From an uncultured Actinomycetes bacterium (GTDB taxonomy: Bacteria; Actinomycetota; Thermoleophilia; Gaiellales; Gaiellaceae), in assembly GCA_963719275.1 (NCBI GenBank), contig CAVRBT010000015.1, positions 110,396-174,395 of the forward strand: a stretch of DNA of 64,000 nucleotides, written 5' to 3'. A program made the translations under genes and the position numbers. The notes beneath the pieces were generated by a model. It saw only the letters and a program-made list of their open reading frames with translations, made no database searches and was not told the DNA's origin. Shown piece by piece: positions 56,035 to 64,000 of this stretch (position 1 is the first letter of the stretch; every line of letters begins with the position of its first letter).

Positions 56035-58836
56035 TCAGTCGATCCTGAGCCGCCAGGCCCCGAGGCCGTGGGATGCCGCGTACAGCACCCGCTCGGCGGA
56101 GACCATGGTCAGGCCCGTCACCTCGACGTTCGGCATGCCCGGAGCCGCCAGCTCCCAGCTCGACGAGCCGGCTGGAAGCATCAGGACGCCGAAGTCACTC
56201 GACGCGTAGACGTCACCGGTGACCTCGTCGAGCGCGACGTCGGTCGCCGGCAGGTCGCCCCAGTTGTGCGAGCGGTCGACCCAGGTCGCCGTGCCCGAGG
56301 TCGGGTTGTACGTCACCTCGAACACATGACCGGGCGTCGCCGGGGTGTTCGCGTCGAAGCCGCTGTACGAGATCCAGGCGTGGTTCCCGTTGTTCGCGTC
56401 GACGTAGATCGAGCTCGGGTAGCGGTCCGGCGTGGTCGCGGTGTCGATCCGCGTCCAGCTGACCGCGCCGACGGGATCCGCGTCGACGTTCTTCGACACG
56501 AAGACCCGGCCGGTGCTCGTCGCCGCCCAGCCTGAGTTCGTGTCGGACGCGGTCCGCTCGACCGACGTCATCGTGCCCCCGGCGCGGGTGCCCCACCCCG
56601 CGGCCGTCAGCGGAGTCGGGCCGACCTCCGCCCAATCGCCGCACTGAACGGTGAAGTCGCCGGTCCACTCGTTGCAGTGCTGGTTCGCCTCGGCCAGCGT
56701 CATCGTGCCGAGCCCGAACGTCTTCGTGCGGTAGGCGGTCCGGTTCGTGCCCGCGAAGAGCGTGCCGGACACGCGCGGGTCGCTGATCACCGGCGCGTAG
56801 AACTCGGCGGCCCCGACCGGGTCGGAGATCCAGATCCAGTCGGCGAGGTTGCCGTTGTTGAAGTTCACGTCGGTGCTGACACCAGTGAAGTTGTGGAACC
56901 GGAACTCCGGCCTCGCGACGTCGAAGCCGGACTGGCCGCCGTCGCCGATCATCGTGTTCCGCCACTCCGTCTTGCTGCTGTAGTTCTCCCAGGTGCCGTT
57001 GTCCTGCGTCCCGCCCTGGACCTCGTTCACGTCGTGCGGGCTGACCGACAGGCTCTGGAACTGCAGCGTCGTCAGGCCGGAGTTGACGCTCTCGAGCTTC
57101 GACGGGATCGCCGACAGCATCTGGCGGCAGCGGATCAGGTTGTTCCCGCTGAGCCCGCGGGTTTCACACCAGGACGAGCGGTCGACGAGCGTGCCGCTCG
57201 AGCGCATCACGCCGCCGTCGTTAGTCTCGATGAACTCCAGCGGATTCGCCGGGTTCGTCACGATCGAGTGCTGGTCGGGATGCAGCGCGTTCGGGTGGAC
57301 CGGGTCGGTCCCGTCCATCGTCATGTCCGTCGCACTTACCCCGGCGTCGGTCGAGAGGACGACGCCGCGCTTGTTGGCGACCGTCTGGCCGTACGAGTAC
57401 GACCCGCCGAGGTAGACCATGTCCGGGTACCCCTTCGGCGTGTAGACGAAGAGGTCGTACCAGCACTGCGCGGTGCAGAGGTTGAACGTGCCCCAGCCGG
57501 GGTTCGCAGTGCTCGAGCTCGTCAGGTCGGCGAAGACCGGCGAGCCGGTGGCCACGTCGTCGCTACGGAAGAGCCGCGAGTACTGCCCGCCTGCCGCCGT
57601 GTGACCCTCGTGCACGTACATCCGGGTCTTGCCGTTCGGCAGCGTGTTCACGGCGATCGCCGGACGGGTCTGGATGATCGTGGAGTTCAGCGACGGCTTG
57701 ATCTGCGCCCACGTGGCGCCGGCGTCGTTCGACCGCCAGACGCCCCTTGCATACGAAGCCGCGTAGAGGATGCTCGAGTTCGACGGGTCGAGCAGCAGCT
57801 GCCGCACGCCGCGCGGCGAACAGATGCCCGTGTTGTTGAACTCGGCGATCGAGCCCGTGCAGTCCGACGCGTTCACGGAGCCGTTGTGGATGAAGCTCCA
57901 CGACGCCCCGCCGTTCGTCGACTTGTAGAGGCCCCACCTGGTGATTCCGGGCACCGGCCTCGTGACGCCGGTGCAGCAGGTCGAGCTCATGCCGCGCAGG
58001 GCGGTCGTCGTCGCCACGTAGAGCGTGTTCGGCTGGCCGGGCACGACCACGATCTGGCCGATGCCCTTGCCCTGGAACTCGGTCTGCCCGATCGCGGCGC
58101 TCCAGTGGGCACCGCCGTCGGTCGACTTGTAGAGCCCGGTGCCGGCGACGCAGCCGGAGCCGCAGATGTTCGCCTCACCGGTCCCGACGTAGACGGTGTT
58201 GCCGGTCGGGTCGTTCGGGTCGACCGTGACCGCGCCGGCGGCGTTGATCCCGAGCGGGCCGCCGAGGTACGTCCAGTGGGATTGGCCCTGGAGGACGTTG
58301 TTCGTGTACCAGACGCCGCCGCCCGCGGGCGTGATGTACGCCGGGCACTTGTTCGGCGTGCACTTCGGCCCGAGCGCGATCGACGTCGTGCGGCCACCGG
58401 CGACGTACGCGTTCGGCACGTAGAGGCCGGAGGTGCGCAGTGGCTCGAACGGGTAGAGCGCCTTGCTCGGGCCGACGCTCACCCACTCGCCCTTCTTGCC
58501 CTGGCCGCTGTGGAACGGACGGCTCCTCGACTCGTCGAACGCAGCCCGTGCGGCGTTCATCTGCGCGACCGAGATCGTCTCCTCCGGGTACGCGCGCTGC
58601 ATGAACGCCTCTTCGGCCGCGGACGCCGGGCCCTCGTTCTCCATGTAGTCCGGCCTGGTCGCGGCGCGTGTCTCCAGGTGCCGCGCCAGTGCCGTCGGCT
58701 CCTCGCCGCGGATGATCCGGGCCGTCGGAGCTCCATCGCCTCCACGCGTCGCGGCGGCCACCAACGCCGCCACGGCTGCGAGGACCACGACGAGCAGCCC
58801 GACCAGCGCCGGACGAGTGCTTCGTGCTCGTGTCAT
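56035..58836 (-). CDS. large secreted/anchored Asp-box (BNR-like) multi-propeller protein
   Basis: ATG at 58836 (MTRARSTRPALVGLLVVVLAAVAALVAAA...) inside ORF 56035..58884, with SD GGGGGAG upstream. YKSTDGGAHW, YKSTNGGASW, WRSNDAGATW. The C-terminus ...LYAASHGLGAWRLRID is typical of BNR/YVTN-type propellers. Confidence 0.85.
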   Translation of the reverse strand: MTRARSTRPALVGLLVVVLAAVAALVAAATRGGDGAPTARIIRGEEPTALARHLETRAATRPDYMENEGPASAAEEAFMQRAYPEETISVAQMNAARAAFDESRSRPFHSGQGKKGEWVSVGPSKALYPFEPLRTSGLYVPNAYVAGGRTTSIALGPKCTPNKCPAYITPAGGGVWYTNNVLQGQSHWTYLGGPLGINAAGAVTVDPNDPTGNTVYVGTGEANICGSGCVAGTGLYKSTDGGAHWSAAIGQTEFQGKGIGQIVVVPGQPNTLYVATTTALRGMSSTCCTGVTRPVPGITRWGLYKSTNGGASWSFIHNGSVNASDCTGSIAEFNNTGICSPRGVRQLLLDPSNSSILYAASYARGVWRSNDAGATWAQIKPSLNSTIIQTRPAIAVNTLPNGKTRMYVHEGHTAAGGQYSRLFRSDDVATGSPVFADLTSSSTANPGWGTFNLCTAQCWYDLFVYTPKGYPDMVYLGGSYSYGQTVANKRGVVLSTDAGVSATDMTMDGTDPVHPNALHPDQHSIVTNPANPLEFIETNDGGVMRSSGTLVDRSSWCETRGLSGNNLIRCRQMLSAIPSKLESVNSGLTTLQFQSLSVSPHDVNEVQGGTQDNGTWENYSSKTEWRNTMIGDGGQSGFDVARPEFRFHNFTGVSTDVNFNNGNLADWIWISDPVGAAEFYAPVISDPRVSGTLFAGTNRTAYRTKTFGLGTMTLAEANQHCNEWTGDFTVQCGDWAEVGPTPLTAAGWGTRAGGTMTSVERTASDTNSGWAATSTGRVFVSKNVDADPVGAVSWTRIDTATTPDRYPSSIYVDANNGNHAWISYSGFDANTPATPGHVFEVTYNPTSGTATWVDRSHNWGDLPATDVALDEVTGDVYASSDFGVLMLPAGSSSWELAAPGMPNVEVTGLTMVSAERVLYAASHGLGAWRLRID

Positions 58837-58940
58837 CTCGCTCCCCCTGTGCTTGACGATCGGCGCGGTCGCCGGCGTCGGCACCAGAGATGCTCCTGCC
58901 CCGCGCGTCCGACGGCCGCTCCGAGCTAAGTGCAGGGAGG

Positions 58941-58970
58941 CTTATATGCCATCCTCGATCTGTATGTCAA
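58941..58970 (-). promoter_or_regulatory. near-consensus promoter TTGACA-N18-TATAAG
   Basis: On the minus strand, TTGACA is at 58970-58965 and TATAAG at 58946-58941, about 100 nt upstream of the ATG at 58836. This is an AT-rich island in GC-rich DNA. The same cassette occurs at 62332-62361. Confidence 0.55.
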
Positions 58971-59020
58971 GCACGCATCGATCTGCAGTTTGGGGGACGC
59001 GAGTGCACCGACGCATCACA

Positions 59021-59048
59021 GAGAGGGCCGCCGGGAGGCGGCCCTCTC
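59021..59048 (-). terminator. 12-bp perfect stem-loop after the upstream propeller gene (no clear U-tract)
   Basis: GAGAGGGCCGCC-GGGA-GGCGGCCCTCTC, 22 nt beyond the stop at 59070-59072. Confidence 0.4.
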
Positions 59049-59069
59049 GCGTCGGTTCAGGCTGCGGCG

Positions 59070-62000
59070 CTAGTGGTGGCCGCGGCCGTTGAGCTTCATG
59101 CGCCAGATGCCCTGCGAGTGCGTCGCTGCGTAGAGGACGCGCGCGCAGTGGCCTCCGCCCATGCACGTGGGCACGCGGTTGGACGGCTGGATCTCGAGGT
59201 GCATGACCTCGTAGCGAGGCATGCCCAGCGTCGTGTGCCAGCCACCGTGCCCGTCGTTCGATCCGCGAAGCACGCCGAAGTCCGTCGAGACGTACAGCGT
59301 GTGCGTCGCGTCGTCGCGCACGACGTCGGAGACCGGCAGGTCACCGTCGTCGAACGGCGTCGGGTAGGCGTTGGTGCCGCTCTCCACGTTGAGGTTCGTG
59401 AAGACGCCCGAGCCGGTCGCCGAGCCGTTCTCACGGACGTCGAAGACGTGGCCCGGAGTGGTCGGCGTCGCGGCGTTGTAGCCGGAGTACACCGCCCACG
59501 CGTGACCCGCGTCCGCCGGGTCGACGTAGATCCCGCTCGGGAACCGCGTCGGCGAGGTGGCGTTGTCGATCCGGTGCCACGTCACGGCCGCCGGGTCGCT
59601 CGCATTCACGTTGTGGGAGACGAAGATGCGGCCGGCCGAGGTGGCTGCCCACATCGTCCCGTGGTCGGCGCCGGAGCGGGCCATGAACGACATCGAGCCG
59701 CCGGTGCGGTCGGCGCCGTAGAAGGTGCCCGTCAGGTCGCCGGCCGTGTTCAGACCGGCGGGGCCGAGCGGCTGGTAGTCACCGCAGTGCGGGTCGTTGC
59801 CCGGGGTCACGAACTCCGGACAGTTCGCCTCATAGAAGGCGGTGTTCGGGGCCTTGTCCTGCGGAACCGCACCCGGGGTGCCGGCGCCGAACGCCCACGT
59901 GCGCCAGACGTGCGCACCGCCGTTGTAGATCGGGTGCGTGCCCGGCTCCGGGTTCGGATCGCCGATCTGCGGCCAGTAGAACGCAAACGGCTCGCCGCTG
60001 TTGACGAGCGGAGCCGTGGTGATCACCCAGCGCTCTGGGTCGCCGTTGCGGAAGTTCGAGTCGCCGAACCCGCCCGTGAACTCGTTTGCACGCCACGTCG
60101 GCTCGGTCGCGTCGTACACGGTATTGCCGCCGTCCCCGTACACGATCTGGTTGAACACGTTCTGGCTGCAGCCGTTGTTGTTCGACCAGGTGCCGTTGTC
60201 CTGGGTGCCGGCCATGACCTCGCACGAGAGCATGGGGTTGATCGACACGCCGATGAACTGCAGCGTGCTGCTGAGACGGTTGTCGATGTGGTCGAGCGCC
60301 GTCGGCACCCGCGAGAGCAGCCGCTTGCACGTCGTGTAGCTCCCGCTCGAGGGCGGCAGCGGGCCGCCGAGGCTCCGGTGTGGCTCGTCGCACTGCGACG
60401 AGATGTCGGTGAACGAGCCGCTCGTGCGGATCACGCCGCCGTCGCTGGACTCGATGATCTGCGTCGGGCTCCCCGGGTTGACGACGATCTCGTGCTGGTC
60501 GGGATGGATCCCGTTCGGGGCCATGACGCAGCCGTTGTCGAAGTACGGCGCGAACGCACACCACGGAGCCGGCGTGTCACGCGCGTCGTTCGTCAGGTCG
60601 GTGAAGGTCCGGAGGTCGGGTCGCGAGCCGTCCGGGTCGCCGGCCGTCGTCGAATACAAGACCGCGCGGCCGTTCGAGCGGCCGTTTCCGCAACCGACGC
60701 CCTTCGTGTCGCACGGCAGCTCGCCGTACTCGAACGAGCCGAGCACGTACACCGTGTCCGGCATGCCGGCCGGCGTGTAGACGTCCTCGTCGTACCAGCA
60801 CTGACCGGTGCAGAAGTCGTCCGTGGCGAAGAACGGGCTCGACGTGGTCTTCGAGGTCAGGTTCTGCCAGCCGGTGTAGGTGGCCGGGAAGACGTTCGCC
60901 GGGTTCGGCTCGGTGTTCCCCGTCGCCTGCGAGGCCAGCAGCGAGGCCGCGGGCTGGTCGCCGACGTCCGTGCGCCAGAAGTTCGACGCGAGCGCGCCGG
61001 AGATGCCGCCACCGTTGGCGGTGCCGTCGGTCAGGTAGATGCGCGTGTGACCGCCCTTCGCGGTCAGCGCGAACATCGTCCGGTCGATCCCCGCGCCCTG
61101 GTTGAACTGCGGCGCGAAGACCTGCTGGAACGCCGTCGGCGCCGCACCGGCGTCACGCCTCCATGCGCCGGCGTCGAACGCCGCCGCGTAGACGACGTTC
61201 GGGTTCAGCGGGTCGAGGCCGACGTCGGTGACGCCGAAGCCGTTCGCGATGTTGCCGTTCCAGACCTCCGTGAAGGTCTGGCCGCCGTCGAACGACTCGT
61301 AGAGACCCGGCTCGTTCGCGCCGGGCTCGAGGCGGGTCGTCCCGCCGTTGCCGATCGTGTGCGAGAGGCCGCGAACGGCCTGCGCCGAGCCGACGATCAT
61401 GTGCCGGCTGTCGCGCGGGTCGATCACGATCCCGTTGATGCCGCGGCCGAGGAACGCATCCTTGCCCGGCGTGACGCAGGCGTAGGTCGCGTTGCTGACG
61501 CAGCGACCGGGGATCTTGGTCCAGTGGTTCCCGCCGTCCTTCGACTTGTACAGGCCGACGCCCGCCTCACAGCCCGACGAGCAGCGGTTGCCCTCGCCCG
61601 TGCCGAGGATCAGGGTGTCGTGCTTCTTGTCGTTCGGGTCCAGCACGAGCTGGCCGACCGAGTTCTGCGCGAGATCCTCGGGAGCCACCTGCTTCCACAC
61701 CGGGTCCGGCGCGATGACGTTGTCCGTGCGCCAGACGCCACCACCCGAGGTGCCCGCCCAGACGCGACACTTGTTCGCCTTGCACTTGGGGTCAGCGACG
61801 AGCGCCACCGTCCGGCTCGCCGTCACGTTGGTCGCGCCGCTGAAGGCCAGGACGCCAGGCTCCACGGCGTACTTCTTCGGGCCGTAGAGACGCCACTTGG
61901 CGGAGTCCCACTGGAACCCGCGGCCGTGGCTGCCGCGCAGGGACTTGCGCAGGCGCGCGTCCCGCTTGGCGATCTTCAGGAAGGTCGACTTCGCCCTGGC

Positions 62001-62246
62001 GACGATCGCCGGCGAGATCGTGTTCGCCGGATACGTGCGCGCCGCGGAGCGATACGCCTCGAAGCCCTGAGCGGGGCCTTCACCGGCAGTCCCTTCCTTG
62101 TTCAGCAGGCCGGCGCTTCCGGCGCCGAGCCGTAAGACCTTCGTTCCGCCGGACGAGCGTCCGGCCAGGAACACGAGGGTCAGGGCGACGGCCGCGGCCA
62201 AGAGGAACACCGTCCCCGACAGGACCGTCGTGCGCGTTCGTGTCAT
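59070..62246 (-). CDS. large secreted/anchored Asp-box (BNR-like) multi-propeller protein, paralogue of 56035..58836
   Basis: ATG at 62246 (MTRTRTTVLSGTVFLLAAAVALTLVFLAG...) inside ORF 59070..62309, with SD GGGGAG upstream. YKSKDGGNHW and YESFDGGQTF. Cys motifs are shared with the paralogue (GEGNRCSSGCEAG vs GEANICGSGCVAG; CTGQCWYD vs CTAQCWYD). It ends ...LYAATHSQGIWRMKL. Confidence 0.85.
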   Translation of the reverse strand: MTRTRTTVLSGTVFLLAAAVALTLVFLAGRSSGGTKVLRLGAGSAGLLNKEGTAGEGPAQGFEAYRSAARTYPANTISPAIVARAKSTFLKIAKRDARLRKSLRGSHGRGFQWDSAKWRLYGPKKYAVEPGVLAFSGATNVTASRTVALVADPKCKANKCRVWAGTSGGGVWRTDNVIAPDPVWKQVAPEDLAQNSVGQLVLDPNDKKHDTLILGTGEGNRCSSGCEAGVGLYKSKDGGNHWTKIPGRCVSNATYACVTPGKDAFLGRGINGIVIDPRDSRHMIVGSAQAVRGLSHTIGNGGTTRLEPGANEPGLYESFDGGQTFTEVWNGNIANGFGVTDVGLDPLNPNVVYAAAFDAGAWRRDAGAAPTAFQQVFAPQFNQGAGIDRTMFALTAKGGHTRIYLTDGTANGGGISGALASNFWRTDVGDQPAASLLASQATGNTEPNPANVFPATYTGWQNLTSKTTSSPFFATDDFCTGQCWYDEDVYTPAGMPDTVYVLGSFEYGELPCDTKGVGCGNGRSNGRAVLYSTTAGDPDGSRPDLRTFTDLTNDARDTPAPWCAFAPYFDNGCVMAPNGIHPDQHEIVVNPGSPTQIIESSDGGVIRTSGSFTDISSQCDEPHRSLGGPLPPSSGSYTTCKRLLSRVPTALDHIDNRLSSTLQFIGVSINPMLSCEVMAGTQDNGTWSNNNGCSQNVFNQIVYGDGGNTVYDATEPTWRANEFTGGFGDSNFRNGDPERWVITTAPLVNSGEPFAFYWPQIGDPNPEPGTHPIYNGGAHVWRTWAFGAGTPGAVPQDKAPNTAFYEANCPEFVTPGNDPHCGDYQPLGPAGLNTAGDLTGTFYGADRTGGSMSFMARSGADHGTMWAATSAGRIFVSHNVNASDPAAVTWHRIDNATSPTRFPSGIYVDPADAGHAWAVYSGYNAATPTTPGHVFDVRENGSATGSGVFTNLNVESGTNAYPTPFDDGDLPVSDVVRDDATHTLYVSTDFGVLRGSNDGHGGWHTTLGMPRYEVMHLEIQPSNRVPTCMGGGHCARVLYAATHSQGIWRMKLNGRGHH

Positions 62247-62331
62247 CACTCTCCCCTTCTGCGTTGACGACGTGCGCGCGGGAGCGACCCTCGCTCGAAG
62301 AACAGCCACCCCCGCGGGTGGTGCAGGGTGG

Positions 62332-62361
62332 CTTATATGCGAGCGTAGATCAGGCTGTCAA
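62332..62361 (-). promoter_or_regulatory. near-consensus promoter TTGACA-N18-TATAAG
   Basis: On the minus strand, TTGACA is at 62361-62356 and TATAAG at 62337-62332. The -35 hexamer is separated by only 8 nt (62362-62369) from the TAA of the S8 gene (62370-62372). Confidence 0.55.
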
Positions 62362-62369
62362 GAACAGAA

Positions 62370-64000
62370 TTAGGGGCCGACCGCGGCGGCAGCGTCCACG
62401 AGCCCCGCGCCGTACGCGTCGCCGAACGCGATCGGGTGGGACTGGTCCACGTGACAGAAGCCCGTGGCGCACGGGGTCCCGTCGAGCGCGGGAGCCGTGT
62501 TCGTCGCGTCGTTCGGCCCCAGGTAGTTCACCGGCGAGCGGTCGGCGGTCTCGGCAAGCCGGCGCACGAGCTCGGCGGGCCGGCCGACAAGGTCGTGGTG
62601 AGACGAAAGAACGAGCGCCGCCACTCCCGCCGCATTGGGGGTCGACATCGACGTCCCCTGCAGCCAGCCGAAGCCGTCGCCGCGGGCGGTGAAGCACGCG
62701 GAATTGAAGATCGAGCCCGCGAAGGGATCGGTGCAGATCAGGCCGTGCTTGGCGAGAGCGCCGAACGACCCCCAGCCGCCGAAGAGCACGTTGCCCTCGC
62801 CGCCGTCGTAGCCGGGGATCTCGTAGCGCCGGGCGCCTCCCGGCGCGGCCAGGTCGACGCGCGAGCCGTAGTTCGAGTAGTAGGCGAGCTGGTCGCGCGC
62901 CCCGACGTGGTCCTGCCAGCGCAGCGGGACCGACGCGGGCGCGGCACCGATCGCCTTCGCCGTGGCGGAGACCATCGTCACGCCCGGGACGCCGGAGGGG
63001 ACGACGAGCCAGCCGCGCAGGTCGTAGTCGGCGAGCGAGTCGCTGCCCGGCGAGGCGGTCGCGATGCCCTCGCTGCCGAGGGAGACGCGCCCGACGTCCT
63101 CGAGCTGCCGGCCGCCGACGCTCATCGAGACGCGGTCGACCCGCACGTGCTCGTTGCCGGCGGCGCCGAAGACCGCCACCCCGTTCGAGCGGCAGTAGTT
63201 CACCGCGTCGGTGAAGAGGAGGTAGTCGTCCGGCGTGAACGGGTCCGACGGATCCATGTAGCCCTCGATCGACATGTTCACGATGTCGATGCGCGGGTCG
63301 GAGCACGCTGCGACGAGGCCGGAGAGGATCCAGCTCGAGAGGCCGCCGAGGCCGGCCGCGAGCACCTTGTAGGAGCCGATCCGCACGCCGGGGGCGACGC
63401 CGTTCGAGGCGAAGCCGTTCAACGCGCCGGCGATGCGGCTCGCGACCCACGTGCCGTGGCCCTCGAAGTCGCCGTCGCGGCAGTCGCGCAAGCCCTTGCG
63501 GTCGATGACGCCCAGGCCGTAGAGCGCGATCAGGTCGGAGCACGGGATGAAGTTGCCGCCGATCGACCGGTCGACTACGCCCTTGAGCTCCTTGTGGTTC
63601 GCGTCGACGCCGGTGTCGAGCACGGCCACCGCGATCGAGCGGCTGCCGGTCGTGCGCTGCCAGGCCTGCTCGACGTCCATGCGGTCGTCGTCCCACTGGA
63701 AGAGGCCGTGCCAGGGATCGGCGACGCGGTCGTCGTGGTGGCCCGCGCCGGGACCGCCACCGCGGCCGCCGGCGAAATGCAGGTCCGCGCCGCGGTCGGC
63801 CGCGAGCAACGTGTCCGGGAAGAAGTTCGTGACGGAGCGGTTCGCGTCGATCCGTACGCCGAAGTCCGCGGAGCGAGGCACGACGGCGAGCGCGTCGATC
63901 GCGCTCAGGTCCGTGACCACGACGCCGCCTGCGGCCGTGACGGCGGCGTGCATCTGCGCCGGCGTCGTCTGCGGGGAGAACCGCACGACCGTGACACCGA
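62370..64000 (-). CDS. subtilisin-like serine peptidase (S8 family), 5' end outside the window
   Basis: ORF 62370..63986, and the frame stays open to the window edge. Catalytic triad context: VAVLDTGVD, GHGTWVAS, GTSMSTPNAAG. The N-terminal part looks like an I9-type propeptide. Confidence 0.9.
   Translation of the reverse strand, partial: GVTVVRFSPQTTPAQMHAAVTAAGGVVVTDLSAIDALAVVPRSADFGVRIDANRSVTNFFPDTLLAADRGADLHFAGGRGGGPGAGHHDDRVADPWHGLFQWDDDRMDVEQAWQRTTGSRSIAVAVLDTGVDANHKELKGVVDRSIGGNFIPCSDLIALYGLGVIDRKGLRDCRDGDFEGHGTWVASRIAGALNGFASNGVAPGVRIGSYKVLAAGLGGLSSWILSGLVAACSDPRIDIVNMSIEGYMDPSDPFTPDDYLLFTDAVNYCRSNGVAVFGAAGNEHVRVDRVSMSVGGRQLEDVGRVSLGSEGIATASPGSDSLADYDLRGWLVVPSGVPGVTMVSATAKAIGAAPASVPLRWQDHVGARDQLAYYSNYGSRVDLAAPGGARRYEIPGYDGGEGNVLFGGWGSFGALAKHGLICTDPFAGSIFNSACFTARGDGFGWLQGTSMSTPNAAGVAALVLSSHHDLVGRPAELVRRLAETADRSPVNYLGPNDATNTAPALDGTPCATGFCHVDQSHPIAFGDAYGAGLVDAAAAVGP

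Overview
This is a very GC-rich bacterial chromosomal segment; third codon positions are almost all G/C. It looks Actinomycetota-like: frequent GTG/TTG starts, 4-nt overlapping gene junctions, and a CIRCE-type inverted repeat upstream of groES-groEL. I cannot assign a taxon from sequence alone. Most long ORFs in the six-frame track are Arg/Pro/Ala-rich antisense shadows; about 70 real features are supported.

Gene content, in order:
- Two crotonase genes and an EthD-like gene.
- A frame-broken M36 (fungalysin-type) metalloprotease.
- Two DMT transporters.
- A large purine-catabolism cluster (7.1-19.7 kb): three-subunit xanthine dehydrogenase, adenine deaminase, 8-oxoguanine-deaminase-like amidohydrolase, APH-family kinase, HIU hydrolase, OHCU decarboxylase, membrane urate hydroxylase PuuD, a DUF3830-like gene, an M20 amidohydrolase and an MFS transporter.
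- An aldehyde dehydrogenase, then a secreted Asp-box/BNR propeller gene.
- GNAT acetyltransferase, thiolase, MqnA/MqnD-like protein, DtxR-family regulator, and ornithine-cyclodeaminase-like genes.
- A LIV-type ABC transporter operon with a fused permease-ATPase.
- tRNA-Arg and a YgfZ-like gene.
- Two tandem BNR propeller genes.
- groES-groEL.
- A 2-oxoacid dehydrogenase E1alpha/E1beta/E2 operon with lipB and lipA nearby.
- Two TetR units.
- Two giant paralogous propeller genes downstream of a subtilisin (S8) gene that runs off the window.

No CRISPR array, transposase, integrase, phage gene or recognisable defence gene was seen.

Most notable non-genic signals:
1. A 63-bp two-hairpin element. 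It is tandemly repeated 4.1 times and fills the whole divergent xdh/ade control region. It also occurs as single copies in four other intergenic gaps, with compensatory stem changes.
2. A 130-148 bp MITE-like element with ~30-bp terminal inverted repeats, present twice.
3. A 12-bp minisatellite, also seen in short form near the groEL terminator.
4. Duplicated near-consensus TTGACA-N18-TATAAG promoter cassettes ahead of the two giant propeller genes.
5. A perfect 13-bp hairpin burying the SD and ATG of the fused livM-livG gene.
6. An unusual density of broken genes. Several have single-base frame changes in G/C homopolymers (M36 three times, lipA, others), and several look internally deleted (cupin, phosphotransferase remnant, a two-gene junction).
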